DNA of 64,000 nucleotides from Caecitellus pseudoparvulus. Its lineage: Eukaryota; Protista; Bigyra: Bicosoecida. Within the stretch, counting starts at the first letter, position 1. Each line of letters starts with the position of its first letter. Positions 36,621 to 50,351 of this stretch are shown here, piece by piece. Position numbers and translations under genes: made by a program. The stretch lies in the NCBI GenBank assembly GCA_965644315.1, contig CBFFRQ010000071.1, positions 5,438-69,437 of the forward strand, given 5' to 3'. Below the pieces are notes generated by a model that was not told the origin of the DNA, made no database searches, and saw only the letters and a list, made by a program, of their open reading frames with translations.

Positions 36621-39205
36621 TCAGATCAAGTGCTTCAAGGTTTCGAACTTAGCGGCTTCCTGCCGCATACTGTCGGGGATCCTGCGATCACCCGTCAGGC
36701 CCAGCAGCTCACGCACGATGTCTGTGTGGCCATACACGCATGCCCATCGGAAGGCGGCCTCAGGTCCACCCCATGCTGCCGCATGCACATCCACTGCCCG
36801 CGCCCCAGTCAGACCCAGCAGCTCACGCACGATGTCTGTGTGGCCCATTCGGCATGCCCATCGGAAGCCCGCCTCAGGTCCATCCTCATCCGCCGCGTGT
36901 ACATCCACTGCCCGCGCCCCAGTCAGGCCCAGCAGCTCACGCACGATGTCTGTTTTGCCCATTGTGCATGCCACTCGAAAGGCGGACTCAGGTCCACCCC
37001 TGTCCGCCGCGTGCACATCCACTGCCCGCGCCCCAGTCAGGCCCAACAGCTCACGCACGATGTCTGTGTGGCCATTGGCGCATGCCACTCGGAAGGCGGC
37101 CTCAGGTCCATACACATCCGCCGCGTGCACATCCACTGCCCGCGCCCCAGTCAGGCCCAGTAGCTCACGCACGATGTCTGTGTGGCCCTTGGCACATGCC
37201 CATCGGAAGGCGGCCTCAGGTCCCTGGCTGTGAAGCCATGTGCTGATCTTAACCTCTCCCGCCGCGTGCACATCCACTGCCTCATCCCCCATCAACGCAA
37301 GCAGCTCACGCACCCTCGCAAGCGTCCCTTCCTTGCACGCCTCCACAAATGCAACCGTGTTCTCATCACTGTAGCTTTCCACAGCAACGCCCGTCTCTGA
37401 CTGTACAACCGATGCTCCCCCCCCATCGACATCCTGCACTTCACCAGCACCAGCAACCGCCTGCTCTCCATCAACCACACTCCGCACAGCACTCTCCACA
37501 CCTTCCAGACACCCAACACCACCCCCACACGCCCCACACGCCACCGCATACGCACCCATGCACCTACCACTCCCGCCTCGCCCCAACACCTCCATCGCCC
37601 CCCACAGTCCATGCTCACCACCTTCACCGCTCCCCACGAAGCTTGACACATCGCCCGACCCACCACCCTCACCAACACCTCCCACGCCAAGCACCTCACG
37701 CACCACACCCAACACTCCACCGCCACCACTGCTACTGCCACCACCACAGGCACCTGCACCCCACACACCCCCACATGCACTCAACACCACCTCACACCCA
37801 CACCCATCCACCGCCCCCACCAGATCACCCACACTCCCACTCCCCACACCCACCACCACAAAGCTCCCCACACCCACACCGCTCACATCCACACCACACG
37901 CCTCCGCCACAGCACATGCCCCCAGCACCCGCACAGCCACGCGCTGCCTCACACCCACCCCAACATCGCCCCACGCTTCATCCTCCACGAACACCCTCAG
38001 CGGCCACCCCGCCTCACACTGCACCTGCACCGTGACACTGCTGCGAACACCAACCGGCTCGTCATCTCGACCAGCTGTACAACTGTGCGCCACCGCTGCC
38101 CTGCGTGGAGTCTGCGCCATGCGCGGCAGGCCACGGGCGATGCGAGCCGCTTCGCCACGCACCACGGCGCCAACACTTGCAGCAAGCGCCCTCGCACCCG
38201 CACCCACACTCCCTGCCCACTGCTCCACATCCTCAGCCCTATCGATATCTTCATCCACGATCTCAACCCGACCACTGTACACACTCACACCCACGCCGTT
38301 CAGGCACGACAAGCCACTCGACAAGTCCAGCCCACCCACACCCCTCACCTTCCGACCACTCATCACCGGCGCACACCCCAACACACCACGCAGCTCCTCC
38401 ACCGCACTCGCAGCACACTCCAGATGCTCCGCAGCACTCTCACTCCTCAGCTCGCCCGCCGCCTCGCCTCGCAGCCAACCAGCCTGCTGCCGTAGCCCAG
38501 CCAGAGCCGCATCCACCGCTGCCTCGCCACCAGCATCATGTGTGAGTGGGCTACTCTCACAAGCCACATCCACATCCGCCACCTCAAAGCCTTGCCACCA
38601 TCGCGTCAGGTCAGCCAGCGCACCCTCCAACTTCACACCGCTCCGCACACTGCCCCAAGCACCCACAATGGCACCCCACACTGCGCCCCCCTCCGGCACT
38701 GCATCCACACTCACACCGCTCCCCGCCTGGCACAGCACATCCACCGCGGCGAAGCACCGGAACGACAGGTACTGCAGCGCAGCACACACGTCATCCCGCT
38801 CACGCTGCCCCGCCAACGCCCCAGCCTGCTCCAACAGCGCACCCCCCGCATCACGCAGTGCGCCCTCCAGCTCCACCAGGCCCATGGCACATGGGGCGAC
38901 GTCCTCTGCAGCAGGCGTCTCGCCACGCCCAATGGCTGCCAGTCCTCGCACTGCTGGGCCGTGGTCCATGACGCTGCCCGGCAAGCACTTCATCTTGCGC
39001 AAGCATGCCGCCGTCACCTCAGCCTGGGTGCCATGGACGCCTGCAGTGGCTGCTGCACTGCCTTCCCTGCCTTGCCCTGACGCGGCTGCCTGTGGCGGTG
39101 GGGCGAGGGGCGGGGCGCTGTGTGGCATGGTGTGTGGGCCATGTGCGCTGTCGCAAGTGCTGGCGATAGTCAGGCGCCATGTCCACACCGCCACCCACGC
39201 ACCAT
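36621..39205 (-). CDS. Hypervariable ankyrin-repeat protein, copy 2 (N-cap + 5 repeats at 36690-37223)
   Basis: ORF 36621..39194; ATG 39205-39203, intron 39202-39090. Confidence 0.9.
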
Positions 39206-40195
39206 GGCGATGAATGGCAGGGGGGTCTGCTCAAGCGCCTAGCCCTGTGCAGCGCGATCCTGCGGTGGGCAGGCAGTGGGCAGGTGTGCTGGCGTGGCGC
39301 GGGAGGTGTTGTCGCGGTCTGCGTGGGGGGGCGCAACTTCCGCACTTGCACCGCCCCGTGCACGCTCACCTGTCGCGGCGGTGCTGCAGGTCAGGCCCCA
39401 GGAGCACGCATGTGGCGCAGGTCAAGCATCATGCAGGCGTGTGCGTGGTGGGTGGTGGGGGAGTAATGTGAGGCACCTGGGCTGTGTGTGTGGGTGGTCG
39501 GGACACCCCCCCCACACCCCCCTCCAACTTGCACCCCCCTGACGCAAGTGTCCACAGTCGCCGCCACCGCCATGCTCACCACGGCCATGCCCAGTGTGCT
39601 GCACACGAGCACGCAGTGCAACGGGCGTCATGGCGTGCGGGGTGGCAGGCGGCAGCTTCGGCCACCCTGCGACGCGGTGGTGTGGGGCTGGTCTGGGCAG
39701 TCAGCGGCGGGGCGACAAGTTGCCTGACGACGAAGGTGTGGTGTGTGGGTCCGGCCGGCGGCGTGGTCGCCCCAGTCGGCCCGTGAGCCGGATGGCGTGG
39801 GCAGCAGCAGCACAGGCGGCAGTGGGCGAGTGGGGGGGGGGGGCGGCACACAGGACGGTGCAGGCGGCGGGGGTGGCGCCAGTGATGTGCATGGTGACGG
39901 TGCAGGCGGCGGGGGCGCTGGCATGGTGCTGGGCGGCGGCAGGGCGGTGTGGCAGGACGCACTCACGCCCACGCCCCGCACACGCCCCGCTGCACCACTG
40001 TGCCTGCGCCTTGGTGTGGCTGGCCGCCGTGGCCGCAGCACGTGGCTATGCGGCAGTGGGCCTCACCACAGTGCGCCATGGCGGCAGTGCTGGGGCACCC
40101 TGTGACGTGTAGCAAGGGCGGTCGCCCGAGGGTGGGTGTGTGGTGGGGGGGTGTGTGGCGTGTGCATTGGGAGGTGTCCAGACACGCGTGGGGAG

Positions 40196-41521
40196 TCATG
40201 GCCGGCGTCGTGGCGGGTGGACCTGCCGTGCGGGTGCAGGATGGACAGGGGGGTGAGTTGGAGGGCGGCAGGTGTGGCAGGGGTGTGTGTGCGGGTGGGG
40301 GTGGGGTGGCGTGGTGGCACTGGCGCCCGCTTGTGCGCCCCCCCCCACATGGGCCAAGCGCCTGGCACGGTCGCGCTGCCGGGCGCCCAGCGGCGCACCA
40401 CACTGCCACGACTCGCCCCACCTGCATGACACGTGTCCGCATGCTGGGCAGTCCGGGGCGGCGCCAGGCGGGGTGGCGGCGTGTCGGCCCGGCGCCAAGC
40501 AAGCCCCACTGCGCAGCTTGCACCGCACAGCCACCAAGGCATCCGCCGTTGTGCAGCCTGCTGCGCTTTTGGCCGACTTCACGTGCACGACGATGTATTG
40601 CCCTGCAGCACGCTCGCAGAGTGCCTCGGCGCCCAAGTCGCCGGTGCGCCGGAGTCGCGGCACAAGCGGCACTGACTCCAACTCGCTCAGTGCGGCGGCC
40701 AGCCTAGCCGGGTTCACCTGCTCTCTGTGCCCATCACACTCATCCCCGCCGGAGCCCTCCCCACCCACCACACCTGCACCGTCGCTGTCAGCCACCCCCG
40801 CAATGTGCCGCGCCAGCTGCTCCGCTGTCGGCGTCCCATCCGCTCCCCGCACCGCTGATGCGTAGGTGGCCAGAGCGCTGGCTGACGGCGACGCGCCAGC
40901 CCGCAGCATGCCCCGCATGGCGGACCTCAAGATGTGCTTGGGTACGCGTCGAGCCGCTGCAGAGCTCATCGCAGCCGCCCGCCCCACACGGGCCTGTCGC
41001 AGCTTGCGCGAGAGAGCGCTGCGCCGAGTGGTCCCAGCGACGGCGTCCTTGGGCTTGGTCAGCCGATCCAGCACACGTTCCCGGAGTGCACGGGGCTTCA
41101 GCGCACCAGAGGCTTCTTTACCTGACGCGTGCAGGGCCTTCAACACTGCCTCCGGCAGCGCGGCCTTGCCTTGCTTCGCACCGACCGCCGAGTCGGCAAC
41201 GGGCAGCGGTCCAGTTTCCGCACCGCCCCCCTCGCCGCCCCTCTCCCCGCTCCGCGCCATGGCCACCTGGTCTGCCAGCCACTCCTCCCCGTTCAGCCGC
41301 AGTAATATCTCTGCTCTAGAGGCCAATCCTGGCGACAGCTCCAGGGCTGACGCTGAGTGCCGAGCTGTATCGAAGGATACAACGTTGGTGGCTCCTGCCG
41401 CAGCAGCCTCGGCCAGCAGGCCCTCCAGCTGTGCTCTGCGGGCAGACAGCATGCTGAGGGGGGCAGGCGCACAGACCAGGGTGTCGCGCCTGCCCTCCTG
41501 GCCTGACCGCTCCACCGCCAT
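40196..41521 (-). pseudogene. 3'-truncated paralogue of gene X (ORF still open)
   Basis: ORF 40196..41521 is homologous to the gene X N-terminus. Confidence 0.65.
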
Positions 41522-41784
41522 CGCCCCTCCTGTGTCGGCAGCGGCGGCGGTGTGCGATGCGTTTCGCTTGGTTTCGGAGCGCAGCTACATCAGGCGACGT
41601 GACGGGGGGGGACTTGGCCAACCGCACACCAGCACAAGGCAAGGCACATCGACATGGCATACTCTTGGTCAGTGCCATGCCAGGGATGTCAATTGTGTCC
41701 GGCTCCGCTCGACCTGGGTGTCCTGAACCACGGCGTGAGCCAGGTTCGTCACATGGTGCATTGGCCTGTGCTTGGTGCCTGGCA

Positions 41785-44255
41785 TCAGATCAAGTGTTTC
41801 AGTGTTTCGAACTTTGCAGCTTCCTGCCGCACACTGTCGGGGATCCGGCGATCACCAGTCAGGCCCAGCAGCTCACGCACGATGTCTGTGTGGCCATACT
41901 CGCATGCCTCTCGGAAGGCGGCCTCACGTCCACCCCCATCCGCCGCGTGCACATCCACTGCCCGCGCCCCAGTCAGACCCAGCAGCTCACGCACGATGTC
42001 TGTGCGGCCATACACGCATGCCGCTCGGAAGGCGGCCTCAGGTCCACCCCTATCCCTTGCGTGCACATCCACTGCCCGCGCCCCAGTCAGGCCCAGCAGC
42101 TCACGCACGATGTCTGTGTGGCCATTGGCGCATGCCCATCGGAATGCGGCCTCAGGTCCACGCCCATTCGCCGCGTGAACATCCACTGCCCGCGCCCCAG
42201 TCAGGCCCAGCAGCTCACGCACGATGTCTGTGTGGCCATTGGCGCATGCCGATCGGAAGGCGGCCTCAGGGCCCTGTGCGTAAGGCGATGTGCTGATCTT
42301 AACCTCTTCCGCCGCGTGCACATCCACTGCCTCATCCCCCCTCAACGCAAGCAGCTCACGCACCCTCGCAAGCTTGCCTTCCTTGCACGCATCCACAAAG
42401 GCAGCCGTGTTCTCATCACTGTAGCTCCCCACACCAACGCCCGCCTCTGACTGCACAGCCGATGCTCCCCCCCCATCGACACCCTGCACTTCACCTGCAT
42501 CAGCACCCGCCTGCTCCCCATCGACCACACTCCGCACAGCACTCTCCACACCTCCCAGACACCCCTCACCACCCCCACACGCCCCACACGCCACCGCATA
42601 TGCACCCATGCACCTACCACTCCCGCCTCGCCCCAACACCTCCATCGCCCCCCACAATCCAAGCTCACCAACTTCACCGCTCCCCACGAAGCTTGACACA
42701 TCACCCGATCCACCACCCTCCCCAACACCTCCCACACCAAGCACCTCACGCACCACACCCAACACTCCACCCTCACCACTGCTACTGCCACCACCACAGG
42801 CACCTGCACCCCACACACCCCCACATGCACTCAACACCACCTCACACCCACACCCATCCACCGCCCCCACCAGATCACCCACACTCCCACTCCCCACACC
42901 CACCACCACAAAGCTCCCCACACCCACACCCCCCACATCCACACCACACGCCTCCGCCACAGCACATGCCCCCAGCACCCGCACAGCCACGCGCTGCTTC
43001 ACACCCACACCAACATCGCCCCACGCTTCATCCTCCACGAACGTCCTCAACGGCCACCCCGCCTCACACTGCACCTGCACCGTCACCATGCTCCTCTGGC
43101 CGAGTGGCTCATCAGCTCGACCAGCTCCACAGATGTGCGCCACCGCTGCCCTGCGTGGAGTCTGCGCCATGCGCGGCAGGCCATGGGCGATGCGAGCCGC
43201 TTCGCCACGCACCACGGCGCCAACACTTGCAGTAAGCACCCTCGCACCCGCACCCACACTCCCTGCCCACTGATCCACATCCCCACCTCCACCCACATCC
43301 TCATCCACGATCTCAACCCGCCCACTGTACACACTCACACCCACGCCGTTCAGGCAGGACAAGCCACCCGACAAGTCCAGCCCACCCACACCCCTCACCT
43401 TCCGACCACTCATCACCGGCGCACTCCCCAACAGCCCACGCAGCTCCTCCACCGCACTCGCAGCACACTCCAGATGCTCCGCAGCACTCTCACTCCTCAG
43501 CTCGCCCGCCGCCTCGCCTCGCAGCCAACCAGCCTGCTGCCGTAGCCCAGCCAGAGCCGCATCCATCGCTGCCTCGCCACCAGCATCATGTGTGAGTGGG
43601 CTACTCTCACAAGCCACATCCACATCCGCCACCTCAAAGCCTTGCCACCATCGCGTCAGGTCAGCCAGCGCACCCTCCAACTTCACGCCGCCCCGCACAC
43701 TGCCCCAAGCACCCACAATGGCGCCCCACACTGCGCCCCCCTCCGGCACTGCATCCACACTCACACCGCTCGCCGCCTGGCACAGCACATCCACCGCGGC
43801 GAAGCACCGGAACGACAGGTACTGCAGCGCAGCACACACGTCATCCCGCTCACGCTGCCCCGCCAACGCCCCAGCCTGCTCCAACAGCGCACCCCCCGCA
43901 TCACGCAGTGCGCCCTCCAGCTCCACCAGGCCCATGGCACATGGGGCGACGTCCTCTGCAGCAGGACTCTCGCCACGCCCAATGGCTGCCAGTCCTCGCA
44001 CTGCTGGGCCGTGCTCCATGACGCTGCCCGGCAGGCACTGCATCTTGCGAAAGCATGCCGCCACCACCTCAGCCTGCGTGCCATGGACGCCTGCAGTGGC
44101 TGCTGCACTGCCCTCCCTGCCTTGCCCTGACGCGGCTGCCTGTGGCGGTGGGGCGAGGGGCGGGGCGCTGTGTGCTGTGGTGTGTGGGCCATGTGCGCTG
44201 TCGCAAGCGCTGGCGATAGTCAGGCGCCATGTCCACACCGCCGCCCACACACCAT
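41785..44255 (-). CDS. Hypervariable ankyrin-repeat protein, copy 3 (N-cap + 4 repeats at 41854-42273)
   Basis: ORF 41785..44250; ATG 44255-44253, intron 44252-44140 (GTGTGT donor). Confidence 0.9.
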
Positions 44256-44677
44256 GGCGATGGATGGCAGGGGGGTCTGCTCAAGCGCCTAGCCCTGTGC
44301 AGCGCGATCCTGCGGTGGGCAGGCAGTAGGCAGGTGTGCTGGCGTGGCGCGGGAGACGTTGTCGCGGTCGGCGTGGGGGGGCGCAACTTCCGCACTTGCA
44401 CCGCCCCGTGCACGCTCACCTGTCGCGGCGGTGCTGCAGGTCAGGCCCCAGGAGCACGCATGTGGCGCAGGTCAAGCATCATGCAGGCGTGTGCGTGGTG
44501 GGTGGTGGGGGAGTGATGTGGGGCACCTGGGCTGTGTGTGTGTGTGGTCGGGACACCCCCCCCACACCCCCCTCCAGCTTGCACCCCCCTGACGCAAGTG
44601 TCCACAGTCGCCGCCACCGCCATGCTCACCACGGCCATGCCCAGTGTGCTGCACACGAGCACGCAGTGCAACGGGCG

Positions 44678-46732
44678 TCATGGCGTGCGGGGTGGCAGGC
44701 GGCAGCTTCGGCCACCCTGCGGCGCGGTGGTGTGGGGCTGGTCTGGGCAGTCAGCGGCGGGGCGACAAGTTGCGCGACGACGCAGGTGTGGTGTGTGTCC
44801 GGCCGGCGGCGTGGTCGCCCCAGTCGGCCCGTGAGCCGGCTGGCGTGGGCAGCAGCAGCACAGGCGGCAGTGGGCGAGTGGGGGGGGCGGCACAGAGGAC
44901 GGTGCAGGCGGCGGGGGTGGCGCCAGTGATGTGCATGGTGACGGGGCGGGCGGCGGGGGTGGCGCCAGTGATGTGCATGGTGACAGTGCAGGCGGCGGGG
45001 GTGGCGCCAGTGATGTGCATGGTGACGGGGCGGGCGGCGGGGGTGGCGCCAGTGATGTGCATGGTGACAGTGCAGGCGGCGGGGGTGGCGCCAGTGATGT
45101 GCATGGTGACGGGGCGGGCGGCCAGGGCAGTGGCATGGTGCTGGGCGGCGGCAGGGCGGTGTGGCAGGACGCACTCACGCCCACGCCCCGCACACGCCCC
45201 GCTGCACCACTGTGCCTGCGCCTTGGTGTGGCTGGCCGCCGTGGCCGCAGCACGTGGCTGTGCGGCAGCGGCCCCCGCCACTCTGCGGCATGGCGGCAGT
45301 GCTGGGGCACCCTGTGACGTGTAGCAAGGGCGGTCGCCCGAGGGTGGGTGTGTGGTGGGGGGTGTGCAGGTGGGTGCATTGGGAGGTGTCCAGACACGCG
45401 TGGGGAGTCATGGCCGGCGTCGTGGCGGGTGGCGCTGCCGTGCGGGTGCAGGGTGGACAGGGGGGTGAGTTGGAGGGCGGCAGGTGTGGCAGGGGTGTGT
45501 GTGCGGGTGGGGGTGGGGTGGCGGGGTGGCACTGGCGCCCGCTTGTGCGCCCCCCCCACATGGGCCAAGCGCCTGGCACGGTCGCGCTGCCGGGCGCCCA
45601 GCGGCGCACCACACTGCCACGACTCGCCCCACCTGCATGACACGTGTCCGCATGCTGGGCTGTCCGGGGCGGCGCCAGGCGGGGTGGCGGCGTGTCGGCC
45701 AGGCGCCAAGCAAGCCCCACTGCGGAGCTTGCACCGCACAGCCACCAAGGCATCCGCCGTTGTGCAGCCTGCTGCGCTCTTGGCCGACTTCACGTGCGCG
45801 ATGATGTATTGCCCAGCAGCACGCTCGCCGAGTGCCTCCGCGTCCAAGTCGCCGGTGCGCCGGAGTCGCGGCACAAGCGGCAGTGACTCCAGCTCGCTCA
45901 GTGCGGCCGCGAGCCTAGCCGGGTTCACCTGCTCTCTGTGCCCATCACACTCATCCCCGCCGGAGCCCTCCCCAGCCACCACACCTGCAACGTCGCTGTC
46001 AGTCACCCCCGCAATGCGCCGCGCCAGCTGCTCCGCTGTCGGCGTCCCATCCGCTCCCCGCACCGCCGATGCGTAGGTGGCCAGAGCGCTGGCTGACGGC
46101 GACGCCCTAGCCCGCAGCATGCCCCGCATGGCGGACCGCAGGATGTGCTTGGGTACGCGTCGAGCCGCTGCAGAGCTCATCGCCGCCGCCCGCCCCACAC
46201 GGGCCTGTCGTAGCTTGCGCGAGAGAGCGCTGCGCCGAGTGGTCCCAGCGACGGCGTCCTTGGGCTTGGTCAGACGATCCAGCACAAGCTCCCGGAGTGC
46301 ACGGGGCTTCAGCGCCACAGAGGCCTCTGTGCCTGACGCGTGCAGAGCCTTCAACTCTGCCTCTGGCAGCGCGGCCTTGCCTTGCTTAGCACCGACCGCC
46401 GAGTCGGCAACGGGCAGCGGTCCAGTTTCCGCACCGCCCCCCTCGCCGCCCCCCTCCCCGCCCCGCGCCATGGCCACCTGGTCTGCCAGCCACTCCTCCC
46501 CATCCAGCCGCAGTAATATCTCTGCTCTAGAGGCCAATCCTGGCGACAGCTCCAGGGCTGACGCTGAGTGCCGAGCTGTATCGAAGGAGACGACGTTGGT
46601 GGCTCCTGCCGCAGCAGCCTCGGCCAGCAGGCCCTCCAGCTGTGCTCTGCGGGCAGACAGCATGCTGAGGGGGGCAGGCGCACAGGCCAGGGTGTCGGGC
46701 CTGCCCTCCTGGCCTGACCGCTCCACCGCCAT
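44678..46732 (-). pseudogene. 3'-truncated paralogue of gene X; ORF reads on into the spacer because of a different C-run length near 45550
   Basis: ORF 44678..46888 with the X-homologous ATG at 46732. Confidence 0.6.
44906..45120. repeat. 42-bp minisatellite, 5 units with two alternating variants (spacer 3)
   Basis: Units alternate ...gacggggcgg and ...gacagtgcag, giving an 84-bp higher-order pattern. Confidence 0.9.
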
Positions 46733-46994
46733 GGCCCCTCCTGTGTCGGCAGCGGCGGCGGTGTGCGATGCGTTTCGCTTCGTTTCGGAGCGCAGCCACA
46801 TCAGGCGACGTGAGGGGGGGGACCTGGCCAACCGCACACCAGCACAAGGCAAGGCACATCGACATGGCATACTCTTGGTCAGTGCCATGCCAGGGATGTC
46901 AATTGTGTCCGGCTCCGCTTGAACTGTGTGTCCTGAGCCACGGCGTGAGCAAGGTTCGTCAAATGGTGCATTGGCCTGTACTTGGTGCCGGGCA

Positions 46995-49360
46995 TCAGAT
47001 CAAGTGTTTCAAGGTTTCGAACCTAGCGGCTCGCTGTCGCATACTGTCGGGGATCCTGCGATCACCCGTCAGGCCCAGCAGCTCACGCACGATGTCTATG
47101 TGGCCATTCTCGCATGCCCATCGGAAGGCGGCCTCAGATCCAATCATATCAGCTGCGTGCACATCCACTTCCCGCGCCCCGCTCAGGCTCAGCAGCTCAC
47201 GCACGATGTCTGTGTGGCCCCAGTGGCATGCCAATCGGAAGGCGGCCTCAGGTCCAAGCCTATCCGCCGCATGCACATCCACTGCCCGCGCCCCAGTCAG
47301 GCCCAGCAGCTCACGCACGATGTCTGTGTGGCCATACACGCATGCCCATCGAAAGGCGGCCTCAGGGCCCTGGCTGTAAAGCCCCGGAATGACCTTAACC
47401 GCTCCCGCCGCGTGCACATTCACTGCCTCATCCCCCCTCAACGCAAGCAACTCGCGCACCCTCGCAAGCTTCCCTTCCTTGCACGCCTCCACAAAGGCAG
47501 CCGTGTTCTCATCACTGCACCTACCCACACCAACGCCCGTCTCTGACTGCACAGCCGATGCTCCCCCCCCATCGACACCCTGCACTTCACCACCACCAGC
47601 AGCCGCCTGCTCCCCATCAACCACACTCCGCACAGCACTCTCCACACCTTCCAGACACCCAACACCACCCCCACATGCACCACACGCCATCGCATATGCA
47701 CCCATGCACCTACCACTCCCGCCTCGCCCCAACTCCTCCATCGCCCTCCACAGTCCATGCTCACCACCTTCACCGCTCCCCACGAAGCTTGACACATCAC
47801 CCGATACACCACCCTCACCAACACCTCCCGCACCAAGCACCTCACACAGCACACCCGACACACCGCCACCCTCCCCACCACCACTGCTACTGCCACCACC
47901 ACAGGCACCTGCACCCCACACACCCCCACATGCACTCAACACCACCTCACACCCACACCCATCCACCGCCCCCACCAGATCACCCACACTCCCACTCCCC
48001 ACACCCACCACCACAAAGCTCCCCACACCCACACCGCTCACATCCACCCCACACGCCTCCGCCACAGCACATGCCCCCAGCACCCGCACAGCCACGCGCT
48101 GCCTCACACCCACCCCAACATCGCCCCACGCTTCATCCTCCAGGAACGCCCTCAGCGGCCACCCCGCCTCACACTGCACCTGCACTGTGACACTGCTCCT
48201 CTCGCCCATCGGCTCATCAGCTCGACCAGCTCCACAAATGTGCGCCACCGCTGCCCTGCGTGGAGTCTGCGCCATGCGCGGCAGGCCATGGGCGATGCGA
48301 GCCGCTTCCCCACGCACCACGGCGCCAACACTCGCGGCAAGCGCCCTCGCACCCGCACCCACACTCCCTGCCCACTGATCCACATCCCCACCTCCACCCA
48401 CATCCTCATCCACGATCTCAACCCGCCCACTGTACACACTCACACCCACGCCGTTCAGGCACGACAAGCCACCCGACAAGTCCAACCCACACACACCCCT
48501 CACCTTCCGACCACTCATCACCGGCGCACTCCCCAACACACCACGCAGCTCCTCCACCGCACTCGCAGCACACTCCAGATGCTCCGCAGCACTCTCACTC
48601 CTCAGATCGCCTGCGGCCTCGCCTCGCAGCCAACCAGCCTGCTGCCGTAGCCCAGCCAGAGCCGCATCCACCGCTGCCTCGCCACCAGCATCATGTGTGA
48701 GTGGGCTACTCTCACAAGCCACATCCACATCCGCCACCTCAAAGCCTTGCCACCATCGCGTCAGGTCAGCCAGCGCACCCTCCAACTTCACGCCGCTCCG
48801 CACACTGCCCCAAGCACCCACAATGGCGCCCCACAGCGCGCCCCCCTCCGGCACTGCATCCACACTCACACCGCTCGCCGCCTGGCACAGCACATCCACC
48901 GCGGCGAAGCACCGGAACGACAGGTACTGCAGCGCAGCACACACGTCATCCCGCTCACGCTGCCCCGCCAACGCCCCAGCCTGCTCCAACAGCGCACCCC
49001 CCGCATCACGCAGTGCGCCCTCCAGCTCCACCAGGCCCATGGCACATGGGGCGACGTCCTCTGCAGCAGGCGTCTCGCCACGCCCAATGGCTGCCAGTCC
49101 TCGCACTGCTGGGCCGTGCTCCATGACGCTGCCCGGCAGGCACTGCATCTTGCGCAAGCATGCCGCCGTCACCTCAGCCTGCGTGCCATGGACACCTGCA
49201 GTGGCTGCTGCACTGCCTTCCCTGCCTTGCCCTGACGCGGCTGCCTGTGGCGGTGGGGCGAGGGGCGGGGCGCTGTGTCCTGTGGTGTGTGCGCCATGTG
49301 CGCTGTCGCAAGTGCTGGCGATAGTCAGGTGCCATGTCCACACCGCCACCCACACACCAT
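46995..49360 (-). CDS. Hypervariable ankyrin-repeat protein, copy 4 (N-cap + 3 repeats at 47064-47369)
   Basis: ORF 46995..49355; ATG 49360-49358, intron 49357-49245. Confidence 0.9.
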
Positions 49361-50171
49361 GGCGATGGATGGCAGGGGGGTCTGCTCAAGCGCCTAGCCC
49401 TGTGCAGCGCGATCCTGCGGTGGGCAGGCAGTAGGCAGGTGTGCTGGCGTGGCGCGGGAGGTGTTGTCGCGGTCGGCGTGGGGGGGCGCAACTTCCGCAC
49501 TTGCACCGCCCCGTGCACGCTCACCTGTCGCGGCGGTAGTGCAGGTCAGGCCCCAGGAGCACGCATGTGGCGCAGGTCAAGCATCATGCAGGCGTGTGCG
49601 TGGTGGGTGGTGGGGGAGAAATGTGAGGCACCTGGGCTGTGTGGGGGGGTGGTCGGGACACCCCCCCCCCACACCCCCCTCCAGCTTGCACCCCCCTGAC
49701 GCAAGTGTCCACAGTCACCGCCACCGCCATGCTCACCACGGCCATGCCCAGTGTGCTGCACACGAGCACGCAGTGCAACGGGCGTCATGGCGTGCGGGGT
49801 GGCAGGCGGCAGCTTCGGCCACCCTGCGACGCGGTGGTGTGGGGCTGGTCTGGGCAGTCAGCGGCGGGGCGACAAGTTGCCTGACGACAAAGGTGTGGTG
49901 TGGGTCCGGCCGGCGGCGTGGTCGCCCCAGTCGGCCCGTGAGCCGGATGGCGTGGGCAGCAGCAGCACAGGCGGCAGTGGGCGAGTGAGTGGGAGGGGCG
50001 GCACAGAGGACGGTGCGGGCGGCGGGGGTGGCGCCAGTGATGTGCATGGTGACGGGGCGGGCGGCAGGGGTGGCGCCAGTGATGTGCATGGTGACGGTGC
50101 AGGCGGCGACGGCAGTGGCATGGTGCTGGGCGGCGGCAGGGCGGTGTGGCAGGACGCACTCATGCCCACGC

Positions 50172-50347
50172 CCGAGGTTGCCGGCACCCCAGCCGGCAAC
50201 CATGTTTCCCGGCAGGAGGGGCGGCGGGCAGTCCCACGCTAGTGGCACAATTGTCCCCCGCCGCCCCAACGCAGAGTAGACGACGGCAGGACCGGGCATG
50301 ACAAAACCAGTCATTAGCCGGCCTCGTCACTCTCTTTCCTTTTTTTT
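50172..50347 (+). repeat. Split direct repeat A1
   Basis: ccgaggttgccggcacccc...cactctctttcct(T)n, matching A2. Confidence 0.95.
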
Positions 50348-50351
50348 CGAG